Positions 9,246-19,092 of a stretch of DNA of 64,000 bases are shown in pieces. The notes under the pieces were generated by a model. That model had not been told where the DNA came from. It did no database searches and was given only the letters and a program-made list of their open reading frames with translations. A program made the position numbers and the translations under genes. The stretch's first letter is position 1. Every line of letters begins with the position of its first letter. Origin of the DNA: Myxococcota bacterium (GTDB taxonomy: Bacteria; Myxococcota_A; UBA796; CAJQPC01); the NCBI GenBank assembly GCA_036012755.1, contig DASCPX010000059.1, positions 64,001 to 128,000 on the forward strand, read 5' to 3'.

Positions 9246-10621
9246 ACGAGGCTCGCCGCCAGCGCCTCCAGGAGGCGGGTTGCCAGGTCCTGCTCCTGCT
9301 CCAGGGCCTGACCCGCGCCGTGGTTCTCTACGAGCCGAACAACGCGACGGTCACGCGGCTCGTCGACATGCTCGAGGCCGCGCTCGCCGAGTTCCTCGGA
9401 TCCGCTACCGAGCTGCGCCTCCAGCTGCGAACGGACGAGTTCTTCGCCAACGGCAAGCTCCTGAAGCTCGACCCCAACAACTACGAGCGCTTCTCCGAGC
9501 TCGGGGCCACTCTCAACAAGTACGACGCGGGGGAGATCCGCTTCGAGAAGGGGGTCACCCGGGCGCACATCGAGAAGTTCGTCGACGAGCTCGCAGCCGC
9601 CCAGCGCAGCTCGGATGGCACGCTGGAGCGGCGCTATGGCCGCATCGGGCTCGCCACCTTCAAGGGTCGCTCGATGGCGAGCTTCCGCATGGAGCCGGAC
9701 AAGCTGGCGGTCTGGCTCTACAGCGGCTTCCTCGACATCGTCGAGCGTCTCTACGCGGCCCAGGGCGACGGCGAGGCCCCGTCGCTGCTGCCGGTCCGGC
9801 GGATCCTGCAGCTCATCATCGACAACATGCGCCGCCACGGCGCGATCTACCAGCTGCTCACCAACGTCCGGGACCACAGCCAGCCCATCGACTATGTCCG
9901 CCTCCGGGTCGGCATCTGCATCGACACCCTCGGCCTGGGCATCTGGCTCGGTCTCGACAACAACCAGCTCATGATCATCGGACTGGCCGCCATCACCGGG
10001 GGGCTTTCGGAGGCGGCGGAGCCCGAAGCGCGGCTGCGCCCGCTGTTTCGATACGCTGGCCTCGCCGAGACCGCCATGCCCCTGGTCGTCACGGTGCACG
10101 ACGCCGCCTCCTCCCGCCTCGGCAATCCTGCCGGGACGCCGGGTCGGCTCCTGGCTGTCGTCGAGACCTTCCACGAGGCTGTCAGCTACCCGCGGGCTGG
10201 CGAGGAGATGCGCTCGGAGTCCGCGGTCATCGCGGACCTCGTCGCGGGCCGGATCGAGAACGTCCACCTCGGAGCAGCGCGCATCTTCGGTGTGTACAAG
10301 GGTCGCTATCCGCTGGGCACCGCGCTCCGCCTCGACGACGGGCGGCTGGCGATCGTCTACAGCCACGGAGTGAGCGAGGGCGGCAAGTCCAAGCCGCAGG
10401 TCGGCATCGTGGACAACGGGTGCCTGATCGAACGCATCGACCTCGCCAGCTCCAAGCTGAAGATCGCCAGCGTGGCACACGCTGGCTCACTGCCCCTGGT
10501 CCTCGATCCCGACCGTGGACGAGTCAGCTCAGGGCAGGTCGGGGTCGATGTCGGGAGGGCGGCCTCGGGCGGTCCGGACGACGAACCCGACAATGGCGAC
10601 CATGCCCCACCCGAGCCCTAG
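9242..10621 (+). CDS. Degenerate HD-GYP-like signalling protein
   Basis: C-terminal GRYPLGTALRLDDGRLAIV resembles the tail of HD-GYP proteins, and RLLAVVETFHEA resembles RIxAVADxFDA; canonical HD residues are absent; GTGA overlap with the HEAT gene. Confidence 0.6.
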   Translation: MNEARRQRLQEAGCQVLLLLQGLTRAVVLYEPNNATVTRLVDMLEAALAEFLGSATELRLQLRTDEFFANGKLLKLDPNNYERFSELGATLNKYDAGEIRFEKGVTRAHIEKFVDELAAAQRSSDGTLERRYGRIGLATFKGRSMASFRMEPDKLAVWLYSGFLDIVERLYAAQGDGEAPSLLPVRRILQLIIDNMRRHGAIYQLLTNVRDHSQPIDYVRLRVGICIDTLGLGIWLGLDNNQLMIIGLAAITGGLSEAAEPEARLRPLFRYAGLAETAMPLVVTVHDAASSRLGNPAGTPGRLLAVVETFHEAVSYPRAGEEMRSESAVIADLVAGRIENVHLGAARIFGVYKGRYPLGTALRLDDGRLAIVYSHGVSEGGKSKPQVGIVDNGCLIERIDLASSKLKIASVAHAGSLPLVLDPDRGRVSSGQVGVDVGRAASGGPDDEPDNGDHAPPEP

Positions 10622-11026
10622 GACGACCCCCAGGTCCACGAGGCCTCGCCATGGCTGAGCCAGCATGCCGATCGCGAGGACGAGTCCGGCGATGCCCCCG
10701 ACCAGGGCCCAGTTGGCGATGATGCGCTTTCGAGATGCGTGGATGAGGCCCATGCAGAAGAGGGGAGCGAACAGCAGGTGGAGTGGCCGCGGGTTCTCGA
10801 AGAGATGGATGGCCCGGCGCACGACGCGGGGTGAGAAGCGGGTCTGGAATCCGCGGTAGCCCTCGGCGTAGCCCATGAAGAGGACCCAGCTGACGGCGAA
10901 GGCCCACTGTCCGGCACTCCAGGGCATCTCGATGGCCGCGCAGGCAAGCGGGACCAGCGCCGTGAGCGCCTGCGCGAGGAGCAGGAAGATCCCACCTATT
11001 CCCCAGGCCCAGGCCAGCCAACGCAT
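10529..11026 (-). CDS. Hypothetical membrane protein
   Basis: 165 aa with 4-5 hydrophobic segments and motif MGYAEGYRGFQTRFSPRVV. Confidence 0.75.
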   Translation of the reverse strand: MRWLAWAWGIGGIFLLLAQALTALVPLACAAIEMPWSAGQWAFAVSWVLFMGYAEGYRGFQTRFSPRVVRRAIHLFENPRPLHLLFAPLFCMGLIHASRKRIIANWALVGGIAGLVLAIGMLAQPWRGLVDLGVVLGLGWGMVAIVGFVVRTARGRPPDIDPDLP

Positions 11027-11094
11027 CAGGCGCCTCTAATCCGCAGGGAGGGCGAACTCAACGGCAGTTATGCTGGCGATCCGGAGAACGAACC

Positions 11095-12249
11095 ATGCTG
11101 CTGTCGGTCCTGCTCACCGCAGAGGCCTCGTACTTCGTCGGACTCGGCGAGGAGATCACGATGCCGACCAACGGCACCTTCCACCGGAGCGCACCACGGG
11201 GGGACGATGGCTGGTGGTTCTTCATCGGGGCGGGTGGCTCCTACGTCGCCTTCGAGGCGGACAAGGACCACGGCTACGACGACAGGGAGCGTCTGGACGT
11301 CGCGGAGCGGGACGACCTCGTGGATCGGGCGATCACCAAGTGCCCGGACGGGACCTGGTTCATCGCCGGCTCCGGCAACTTAGATGACTTCAACGACTCG
11401 GTCTGGGTCTTCAAGGCGGACGCGGAGCTGAACAAGACCAACGAAGACACCGTCGCCGAGAGCTCGAGCGAGCGGCAGCACAACGACATGGCCCTGGTCT
11501 GCAGCTCTGTCTTCAGCGGGGTGTCCTTCCTCTCCAACAGCGGAGGGTCGGACCTCTTCGAGGTCGACAGCGAGGGCAGCATCATCGAACAGCACCACCT
11601 GTCTGACACCCCAGGCATGATGGGTGGCTCCATGATCGCGCTGGAGGACACTGGAGAGCTGGTCCTGATCGGTCGAGGCGTGGAGATGATGAGCAGCGAG
11701 ATCGAGATCGGGGTCTACGACGAGGAGCTGCAGAGGATCTCGTCGAAGTCGGTCGAGCTCATGGCAGGTCGGACTGAGCGAGTCTGGTGGCCCCAGTCGA
11801 TCCTGAAGGTCGGCGACATCTTCCTCCTCGCGTACATGGCGCGGATCGAGGCCAACGGCGACTTCCCCGCGGACGAGGGTGAGGTGTGGCTCGCGGTGCT
11901 CGACTCGAACTTCGACTTCGTGGAGAGCATCCAGGTCACCGACCTGGCTGGATCTGGTGCCGGTGCCATGCGGCCGGGCCTCTCACGGCGCGGAGAGACA
12001 CTCACGGTGAGCTACGACGTCCAGGTGAGCCCACGCCTGCGCGAGGTCACCCTCGACCTCACCGGCGCGCACGTGCCCGGAGACTCGGGCGATCCCCAGG
12101 ACTACGGCGACGAGACCGGGGATGGCTCGGACGACTCCGGCGAGGACGGCGGCGGCGGGGGGATCTGCGGCTGCACCACTGGCGGTCTCGGGGGGACCGG
12201 CCTGGCCCTCGGCGCGACGCTGCTCCTCTGGGCTCGCCGCCAGCGTTGA
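11095..12249 (+). CDS. Secreted beta-rich protein with MYXO-CTERM-like C-terminal anchor
   Basis: GGAG upstream; short leader MLLSVLLTAEA; acidic/Gly linker, then CGC-TTGG, a hydrophobic helix and RRQR. Confidence 0.75.
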   Translation: MLLSVLLTAEASYFVGLGEEITMPTNGTFHRSAPRGDDGWWFFIGAGGSYVAFEADKDHGYDDRERLDVAERDDLVDRAITKCPDGTWFIAGSGNLDDFNDSVWVFKADAELNKTNEDTVAESSSERQHNDMALVCSSVFSGVSFLSNSGGSDLFEVDSEGSIIEQHHLSDTPGMMGGSMIALEDTGELVLIGRGVEMMSSEIEIGVYDEELQRISSKSVELMAGRTERVWWPQSILKVGDIFLLAYMARIEANGDFPADEGEVWLAVLDSNFDFVESIQVTDLAGSGAGAMRPGLSRRGETLTVSYDVQVSPRLREVTLDLTGAHVPGDSGDPQDYGDETGDGSDDSGEDGGGGGICGCTTGGLGGTGLALGATLLLWARRQR

Positions 12250-13694
12250 CCCCGCACAGAGTCCGGATCCTCGCCCGCAAGTTCGGGCTCAGGGAGCGCC
12301 TGCCAGAGGCCTGCGAGGCCGAGGCGGACTCCTTGTCGGTCGACCTCGGCGGACTCGAGGATCTGTCGCACCTGCCCTTCGTCACGATCGACGAGCCGCA
12401 CAGCAAGGACCTCGACCAGGCGCTCTACGTCGAGTCTCGAGAGCCCGGCTGGGTCGCCTGGTATGCCATCGCGGACGCTGCCTTCTTCGTCCATCCGGAC
12501 TCGGCGCTGTTTGCGGAGGCCCTCCGCCGGGGCGCCACCTACTACCTCCCCGGGCTCATGGTTCCGATGCTGCCTCGCCGCCTCTGCGAGGACCTCGTCT
12601 CCATCAACCCGCAGGTGGAACGGCGCGCGCTGGTCTTTCGGATGGAGGTCGCTGCGGACGGCACGGCCACCGCGACCCGCGTCTGCAGGGCACACGTGCG
12701 CTCGAGAGCCAAGCTCCACTACGACGGCGTCCAGGCTTTCCTGGACGGCCGCAGCGAGTCCGGCTGCGCCGAGGCCGAGGACTCCTTGCGCAGCCTGGTC
12801 GACTTCGGGGAGGCGCGCCTGGCCCACGCCGAAGGGCGTGACGTCGTGCACTTCCATCGGCGCGAGTTGGAGCTCTGTGTTGGGGGCCAGCACCTCCACG
12901 TCTTCGCCCGAGAGGACCCGCGCAACGACGTCGAGCGGTACAACGAGCAGCTCAGCTTGCTGGCAAACATCGAGGGCGCTCGCCTGCTGGCGACCGCGCA
13001 CGACGCCTGGGTCCAGCCGGTCTTTCGGACCCACGACCCGCCGGCGCCGGAGCGGCTGATGACGCTGAGACGACAGCTTGGGATCATCACGGCGGCCCGG
13101 CCCGACCTCGCCTGGGACCGGGGAGAGAGCCTCGCGGCGTACATCCGCCGGCTGCCTGACGAGCCCATGTCGCAGGTCATCTCCCGGCAGGTGATGCGAG
13201 CGGGCGGAAGGAGTGGTTTCTCGGCCGAGCCCGGCGTTCACCATGGAGTGGGCGCCGACGTGTACGCGCGCTTCACGGCGCCGATGCGCGAGGTGGTGGG
13301 CGTCTTCGTTCACAAGGAGATGTGGGAGCTCCTCGCTGGCGGCGGCCGGGTCGACCCCGAGGTGCAGGCGGCGGTGATCCGTGCCGCGAGCAGAGCCAAG
13401 TCCCTCCAGCGGCGTCTCGACGGGGCCTGTGAGCGTATTGCGCTCGACCGGCTCTTCGAGACCCGGAGCCACTTCGAGGCCATCGTCATGGGCCTGGGAA
13501 AGGGCAGGCTCCACCTCCAGCTCCTCGACCCTCCGCTCGACGTCAAGCTCTACCTCCGCGATCTCCCGGGTGCCCGCGCCGCTGGGATCCGTTTGCGGCG
13601 CGACGGCGAGGAGATCTGCCGCCTCGGTGACGTCGTGACGGTCTGTGTCCAGGGACTGGACGAGCGAAGGAACCGATGGGTCCTTGGGCTCTGA
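12246..13694 (+). CDS. RNB-domain exoribonuclease (RNase II/R family)
   Basis: FVTIDEPHSKDLDQA, AIADAA, RRGATYYLP..VPMLP, YARFTAPMR; TTG start overlaps the previous stop. Confidence 0.9.
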   Translation: MTPHRVRILARKFGLRERLPEACEAEADSLSVDLGGLEDLSHLPFVTIDEPHSKDLDQALYVESREPGWVAWYAIADAAFFVHPDSALFAEALRRGATYYLPGLMVPMLPRRLCEDLVSINPQVERRALVFRMEVAADGTATATRVCRAHVRSRAKLHYDGVQAFLDGRSESGCAEAEDSLRSLVDFGEARLAHAEGRDVVHFHRRELELCVGGQHLHVFAREDPRNDVERYNEQLSLLANIEGARLLATAHDAWVQPVFRTHDPPAPERLMTLRRQLGIITAARPDLAWDRGESLAAYIRRLPDEPMSQVISRQVMRAGGRSGFSAEPGVHHGVGADVYARFTAPMREVVGVFVHKEMWELLAGGGRVDPEVQAAVIRAASRAKSLQRRLDGACERIALDRLFETRSHFEAIVMGLGKGRLHLQLLDPPLDVKLYLRDLPGARAAGIRLRRDGEEICRLGDVVTVCVQGLDERRNRWVLGL

Positions 13695-14386
13695 TCCTGT
13701 CCTGCGGCTCCGAGCCGCCGTGGAGAGAGGCCCTCGACGCGCCCCCGGCTGAGGCGCTGGCGGCCTGCCGCATGCTCGAGGGCAACGCCGCCGAAGAGTG
13801 CGCCTTCGGGGTGCTGAAGACCAACGACCTCGTGGACGAGGTCGCCTGCGAGGCGCTGGCCGAGGGACCCTACCGGAACGAGTGCCGGTTCATGGTGGCG
13901 GAGGAGCTCGCAGAGGCCGGCTCCCACAACGCGGCGGCCCGGAAGTGTCGCCAGACCGGCCCGTTCGAGCGCAGCTGCCTCCAGCACGGTTGGTTCCGGG
14001 CAGCGGACCAGGCGCTCCTGGTCTCGGGACCCCAGGGGTCGAACCCGGAGGTCGAGGAGATCATCTCCACCGCCGTGGCGGCTTATGGCGCGGGCCTCGG
14101 CGATCCGGAGGGCGTCGTCTGGGCCGCATACTGGTGGGCGTGGTGGGAGGGCAGGCCCCAGGTCGTGCTCGCCGCGTGCCCGGACGAGCGCTGCCGTGCG
14201 GCCAGCCTGACCGCTGCCGCGCGCTATGGATGGATCGCCGGCTGCGAGGGCGACGCCACGGCGAAGTGCGCCGAGGAGGCGGACTGCCTGGCGGCGGTCG
14301 CGCTCGGCAAGGAGCTCGCCTGCCAGGGCATGGAGCGGCCAGGCACTCCGGTCTTCCGCCGGGACGGCGTCAGAAACGAACGCTGA
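13676..14386 (+). CDS. Cys-rich lipoprotein
   Basis: MGPWALILSC lipobox; repeated C-x(n)-C helical spacing. Confidence 0.65.
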   Translation: MGPWALILSCGSEPPWREALDAPPAEALAACRMLEGNAAEECAFGVLKTNDLVDEVACEALAEGPYRNECRFMVAEELAEAGSHNAAARKCRQTGPFERSCLQHGWFRAADQALLVSGPQGSNPEVEEIISTAVAAYGAGLGDPEGVVWAAYWWAWWEGRPQVVLAACPDERCRAASLTAAARYGWIAGCEGDATAKCAEEADCLAAVALGKELACQGMERPGTPVFRRDGVRNER

Positions 14387-14933
14387 GCGCCAGGGACCCG
14401 GGCGTCAGGATCGGGCGGATCTCGATGCGCCGTCCGCGTTGCTCGAGGCCCGCGTTGTAGGAGTCGGCGAGCTCGTGGAGCTCCGTGATTCGCCACCACG
14501 CCAGCGGATCGTTGAGGCGCTTCTTGCCCTGGAAGAACCACACGAAGCCCATGGGCAGCGAGATCACTGCGCTGGCCATGAACCCCAGCCCGGCGGCGGA
14601 CAGGGCGAGGAACTGCGCGCTCCCGGTGGTCATCCCGATGAGCCCGCTGCCGTAGGCCAGGTAGAAGCCACCGACCAGGCCCACGCCGCCGTAGACCCAC
14701 ATCATGATGCTGGCTGTCTTGTGGAGCCGGTAGCTCTTCTTGTAGCGCTCGGCCGTGTGCCAGTCGCCGATCCGATGGGCGAACTCTCCCGGGGTGACGG
14801 GACGCATCTGGCTGTCGAGGATCTGGGTGCCGCCCATGTCGTCGGTCTCCACGACCACGCCTCGATAGGGCAGGGCGTCGGCGGCGTGCGCTTCTCCGAA
14901 GAAGAAGGCAAAGAGCAACAGCAGGTGGGTCAT
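14370..14933 (-). CDS. Hypothetical exported membrane protein
   Basis: Signal MTHLLLLFAFFFGEAHA, two TM helices, C-terminal ...LALSVRF. Confidence 0.7.
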   Translation of the reverse strand: MTHLLLLFAFFFGEAHAADALPYRGVVVETDDMGGTQILDSQMRPVTPGEFAHRIGDWHTAERYKKSYRLHKTASIMMWVYGGVGLVGGFYLAYGSGLIGMTTGSAQFLALSAAGLGFMASAVISLPMGFVWFFQGKKRLNDPLAWWRITELHELADSYNAGLEQRGRRIEIRPILTPGSLALSVRF

Positions 14934-15058
14934 TCGGTCTCCGTCCGGGCGATCGCGCTGTCTCGGGTGTACCAGGAGGTCGGTTCGTCGAGGTTCCGGC
15001 GCCCCACCGCGCACACCGGGTCCGCGGCCAATGTCGAGCCGAGCAGTGCAAGCAGCAT
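14930..15058 (-). pseudogene. 42-codon remnant or miniprotein with short signal peptide
   Basis: MLLALLGSTLA-ADPVC...; stop overlaps the ATG of the next gene (ATGA), consistent with an internally deleted gene that kept both ends. Confidence 0.4.
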
Positions 15059-15105
15059 GGGCGGAGCGTAGCAGCCGCTTTCGTCAGCAGTGTAGGCTCG
15101 CTGGG

Positions 15106-15993
15106 ATGTACGTCGTCTTGCTGCTGTCCTGCACCGAGCCTGGGGACCTCGACTACACCCTCCCACCCGAGGAGGAGGACGACTCCAGCGTCGCCGAGTC
15201 GGCCCCCCCGGACAGCGATGACCTTGGAGATCCATGCGCCTACGAGGCCGGCGTCCAGAAGGGCACGGTGGAGAGCGCCGAGCTCGGCGAGATCTCCGGG
15301 CTCGCCCCGATGCAGGACTACGTCTGGGTCCACAACGACAGCGACAACGAAGGGCTGATGTACGCGATGGAGGTGGATGGGAGCCATGTGGGCACGGCCT
15401 GGATCGAAGACTACCTCTTGATCGACCCAGAGGACTCCGCTCGAGGCGACGGCAAGCTCTACCTGGGCGACATCGGCGACAACGGGGAGAACCGCGAGTT
15501 CATCCGCGTCTTCCGCTTCCCTGAGCCGGAACCCGACTTCGCGGTCGGCCAGCTCGAGTCCTTCCACATCACCTACCCCGACGGCCCCCACGACGCGGAG
15601 GCGATGGCCGTGGACAAGGACGGCTCGCTCTTCATCATCACCAAGTCTGCCAGCGGTGACAGCGGCATCTACAAGCTCGCGGCCCCGCTCACAGACGGCG
15701 AGCTGGAGAAGGTCGGCAGCCTCACCGTCGGATCGGGCGATCTGCCAGGCGGAACCGGGGTGACCTCGGCAGACGCAGACGACACGCGGGTCGTGCTGAG
15801 GACATACACCCACCTCTTTCTCTGGCCGCGTCTGGGCCGCACGTTGGACGAAGCCATCTCCACGCCGCCCGCCTGCAGCATCGACATCGAGTCCGAGCCA
15901 CAGGGCGAGGCCGTCGCGCTCAACAAGGCCGGCTTCTTGACGGTCAGCGAGGGCGAGAACCAGCCGATCTGGTTCTACAAGAAGAGCGACTAG
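15106..15993 (+). CDS. Beta-propeller lipoprotein (SdiA-regulated/phytase-like)
   Basis: MYVVLLLSC lipobox; EISGL, WVHNDS, DPED, LYLGDIGDN, DAEAM, PQGEAV motifs. Confidence 0.75.
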   Translation: MYVVLLLSCTEPGDLDYTLPPEEEDDSSVAESAPPDSDDLGDPCAYEAGVQKGTVESAELGEISGLAPMQDYVWVHNDSDNEGLMYAMEVDGSHVGTAWIEDYLLIDPEDSARGDGKLYLGDIGDNGENREFIRVFRFPEPEPDFAVGQLESFHITYPDGPHDAEAMAVDKDGSLFIITKSASGDSGIYKLAAPLTDGELEKVGSLTVGSGDLPGGTGVTSADADDTRVVLRTYTHLFLWPRLGRTLDEAISTPPACSIDIESEPQGEAVALNKAGFLTVSEGENQPIWFYKKSD

Positions 15994-15995
15994 TA

Positions 15996-16960
15996 CTATT
16001 CCTCTGCGAGGACGCGGCGGACCTCGTCGAAGGAGGTCAGCCCGGCCAGGGCTCGCTGGAGGCCTGCGTGCCTCATCGGGACGAAGCCCGAGCGCCGCGC
16101 GGCCTCGATGAGATCCTGGTCGTCGGCGCCGTCGCGCAGGATCTCGCGGATGTTCTCTCGGGCGCCATCATCTCGTAGACACCCACGCGTCCGCGGTAGC
16201 CGGTGCCCATGCAGTCGTCACAGCCGACCGGGCCCTTGTGGATGGCGCTCTCCAACTGCTCGGGGCTGAGCCCGTACTCCTTTTGGGCCGAGGCCGGAAT
16301 CGGTGTGGAGATCGAACACTTGGAGCAGAGCCGCCGCAGTAGCCGCTGGGCGACGATGAGCTTCACGCAGCTGGCGAGGAGGTAGGGCTCGATCTCCATG
16401 TCGAGCAGGCGATTGAAGGTCGGGATGACCCCGTTGGTGTGCAGCGTGCTGAGCAGCAGGTGGCCAGTCATCGAGGCCTTGATGGCGATCTTGCTGACCT
16501 CCTTGTCTCGCATCTCGCCGACGAGGACCACGTCCGGGTCCTGGCGGAGGATGGCTCGGAGCCCCGAAGCGAAGGTGGTGCCGTGTTGCTTGATCGGGAC
16601 GTGGTTGACGCCCTCGATCGTGGACTCGACCGGGTCCTCGACCGTCACGATATTGATGTCCGGCTCGTTGATGAAGTTGACCATGGCGTGCAGCGTCGTG
16701 GTCTTGCCCGAGCCGGTCGGCCCCGTCACGAGGATCAGCCCCTGGGACAGGCGCGTCTTCCTGCTGATCTCGGCGAACTGCTCCCTGGAGAAGCCGAACT
16801 GGCCGATGTCGGCGAGGTGCGCCTCCTTCTTGAGCAGGCGTACGACGCACTTCTCTCCGTAGCTGGTCGGGAGCGTAGAGACGCGGAAGTGGCAGGTCTC
16901 GCGCTTGTAGGAGACAGCGAGGTGACCGTCCTGGGGCCGCCGGCGCTCTGAGATGTCCAT
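15996..16960 (-). pseudogene. GspE/PilB-family secretion ATPase, 5'-truncated and frameshifted
   Basis: Starts mid-domain at MDISERRRPQDG; has GPTGSGKTTT, EDPVE, LRQDPD..GEMRD, TGHL.LSTLH and tetracysteine motifs. The natural C-terminus (ENIREIL...GLTSFDEVRRVLAEE*, stop 15996) is in another frame after about 16160. Confidence 0.85.
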
Positions 16961-16971
16961 TCGTCTCGTGC

Positions 16972-18240
16972 GTGGGCCCGAGGGGGCTCATCGTGGTTCT
17001 TGACCTCGCCGGTGTCGACCGCGCCGAGGCCAGGCGGCTCTCCCAGCGCTACGAGCTGAAGGCGAACGAGACATACTCCAAGCTCGTGGGGGACGAGGTC
17101 GTGCTCGTGGACAGCGGTGAGATCATCGTCTGCGACGATCGCCACCTCGAGGGCGTCTTCGAAAAGGACCAGGCCTTCAACGCCTTCCGCGGCCAGGGCG
17201 TGGAGGCGCCCGGGTACAGGATCCTCGCGGCGACGGATGCGACCATACGCGTCTTCTCGCGGAGCGACTTCGACGAGCTCGTCGAGGCGCGCCCCGTCGG
17301 AGCGGGCGGGGAGAGACGGCAGAGGGCCATCGAGGCACGCGTGCGCGCCGAGACCGAGCACTTCAGGCGCCTCCGGGCTTCGGCAGACTTCATCTTCCAG
17401 GACCACGAGGCGCTGCTGAGCGAGCGACGGCCCTACATCGTGCGGGTGCGCTCCCAGGTGTGGCCCGTGTCGCAACAGACCTTTCAACCGGCCCCCAATC
17501 TCTGGGGAGTCAGCCAGTCCTACTTTGTCCTCCAGCACCTGGTCGACATCGGTCCAGAGGAGACCGGGGCCCGCTTCTCCTTCCGCCAGGCAGCCATCTG
17601 GCAGGCCGTCGTGCACTGGCGCTGGTGGTTGCCGCTGGTGCCCCCCGTCCTCGGGTTGCAGCTCCACGCCGCGTGGGAGGACAGCGTGATGGCGCTCCAG
17701 ATCAGCCGCGAGCTGGGGAACTACCCGACTCGGCTCGGGCAGGTGCTGATGGTCGACGGCGGTCGCCGTCACATCGTGCTGGTGGATGGCGAGATCATCT
17801 TCTCCGGCCCCAACCTGCAGTTCGGAAGGCCCGCCGAGCCACCGGAGTCGAGCCGGACCCGGAGATCGCTGCGGTCGATGATCCCCGAGTTCCCGATCCC
17901 GACCTTCGCCTGGCACCAGGAGCCCATGCTCGGCCCGGCGGGCACGCTCATGCGCGCGTGGCACGCTCATGCGCGCGTGGCGAGGCCTGGATCGAACCCT
18001 CAGGAGATCTTTCGGAGGACACCCGAAGCGAGGCTCTTCCGACGAGACCCCATGACCGGACCCTGGGCCAGGAGGATCCTCGTCAACCTCTTGGCGTTGC
18101 GGTCGTTCATCGGCAGGGCGGAGAGCGCGAACCGGACCTCGTCGGCGTCGAGCTCTGCGCGCTCACCGGCGAGCCAGACCTGCAGGACCCGCAACATCGA
18201 CGAGTGCGGTGCGGCGGACAGGACCCCGACGAGGAGCTGA
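16972..18240 (+). CDS. Hypothetical protein, possible N-terminal cNMP-binding-like fold; C-terminus probably frameshifted
   Basis: Coding-like composition; VVLVDSGEI...ILAATDATIRVFSRSDFDEL resembles a cNMP-binding domain. A 19-bp duplication at 17941 shifts the frame; removing it gives a stop at 18055. Confidence 0.5.
   Translation: MGPRGLIVVLDLAGVDRAEARRLSQRYELKANETYSKLVGDEVVLVDSGEIIVCDDRHLEGVFEKDQAFNAFRGQGVEAPGYRILAATDATIRVFSRSDFDELVEARPVGAGGERRQRAIEARVRAETEHFRRLRASADFIFQDHEALLSERRPYIVRVRSQVWPVSQQTFQPAPNLWGVSQSYFVLQHLVDIGPEETGARFSFRQAAIWQAVVHWRWWLPLVPPVLGLQLHAAWEDSVMALQISRELGNYPTRLGQVLMVDGGRRHIVLVDGEIIFSGPNLQFGRPAEPPESSRTRRSLRSMIPEFPIPTFAWHQEPMLGPAGTLMRAWHAHARVARPGSNPQEIFRRTPEARLFRRDPMTGPWARRILVNLLALRSFIGRAESANRTSSASSSARSPASQTCRTRNIDECGAADRTPTRS
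17941..17981. repeat. 19-bp tandem duplication GGCACGCTCATGCGCGCGT x2
   Basis: Exact copies at 17941-17959 and 17960-17978, followed by GGC. Confidence 0.95.
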
Positions 18241-18663
18241 TCCGCCATGCCGAGGTCTTCGCGTGTCACCGCGGTCAGCACCGAGCGCGTCGTCTCCTTC
18301 GCGAAGTCCCCGCCATCACGCCGCTGGCGCCGACGCTCGTGGATGCGGTAGGTCCGCAGCCACCCTGCGACAGTGGTCCTGTTGCCGCACTTGCCTGTCA
18401 GCGGCAGGAGCTTCGCGCGCGCGAGGTCATTAGGGGCGGAGCTGTAGAACGGTCGTCAGGAACTCCTTCGAGAGCGCTGCTGGGCGGTGGATGCCCCAGA
18501 CGTCGTCGCGAACTCCTGCCAACACGGCGAGCGGGGAGACCGTCCTCACCAGTTCCCTCCAATCTTCGCCCTTCTCGCGCCTGGCGATGCTGATCTTGAC
18601 CTCGTGGCTTGGAAGATCCGTCTGCTCCAGCACGCGGCGACTTCGAGGGATTGCGACCGTCAT
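18000..18663 (-). pseudogene. Frameshifted hypothetical gene
   Basis: AGGAGG RBS before ATG 18663; the first frame stops at 18430 while a neighbouring frame is open from about 18455 to 18000 (NDLARAKLL...AKRLTRILL). Confidence 0.45.
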
Positions 18664-18744
18664 GGATGGCCCTCCTGCGGTCCATTGTCAGCCGTGGATC
18701 CCCGGGGACGTCCTTTCACGAGAGTGAAGTGAAAGCCTACTCCG

Positions 18745-18781
18745 GTTCAGAGTTGACTGAACATTGTGAACGGCGTAATAA
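18745..18781 (+). promoter_or_regulatory. Inverted-repeat operator GTTCAG-N6-CTGAAC overlapping a sigma70-like promoter (TTGACT-N17-TAATAA)
   Basis: Palindrome at 18745-18762; TTGACT at 18753-18758 and TAATAA at 18776-18781; locally AT-rich; directly upstream of a GbsR/MarR-type gene. Confidence 0.6.
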
Positions 18782-18788
18782 ATTCATA

Positions 18789-19092
18789 ATAAACGGGAAT
18801 GAACGCCACTTCATCGAGCGCGTGGGACTCTTCTACGAAGGGGTCGGGTGCCCCAGGATGGCGGGGCGCGGTCTGCACGATCCGCGAGGGCTGCTGGTCC
18901 AACGTGCTCGAGTTCAAGCTGCGCAACAACACCGCCTTCCTCCAGATCGCGGAGGAGGGCCTCGATATACTCGCGGACGCCGAGCCGAACCGGCGCGTCC
19001 GGCTGGAGGAGGTCCACGACCTCTACTCCTTCTTCGACGAGGAACTCCCCGCCCTCATGGCTCGTTGGCGGGCACGAAAGGAGAAGGCATGA
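18789..19092 (+). pseudogene. GbsR/MarR-family transcriptional regulator with central HTH deleted
   Basis: N-terminus ERHFIERVGLFYEGVGCPRMAGR joins out of frame (about 18870) to C-terminus TIREGCW...RLEEVHDLYSFFDEELPALMARW; the winged-helix core is missing and ATA sits at the expected start. Confidence 0.75.

Noticed and set aside
15996..16960. Functional type II secretion / type IV pilus locus
   Set aside because: Only a truncated, frameshifted ATPase is present; there are no pilin, platform or secretin genes in the window.
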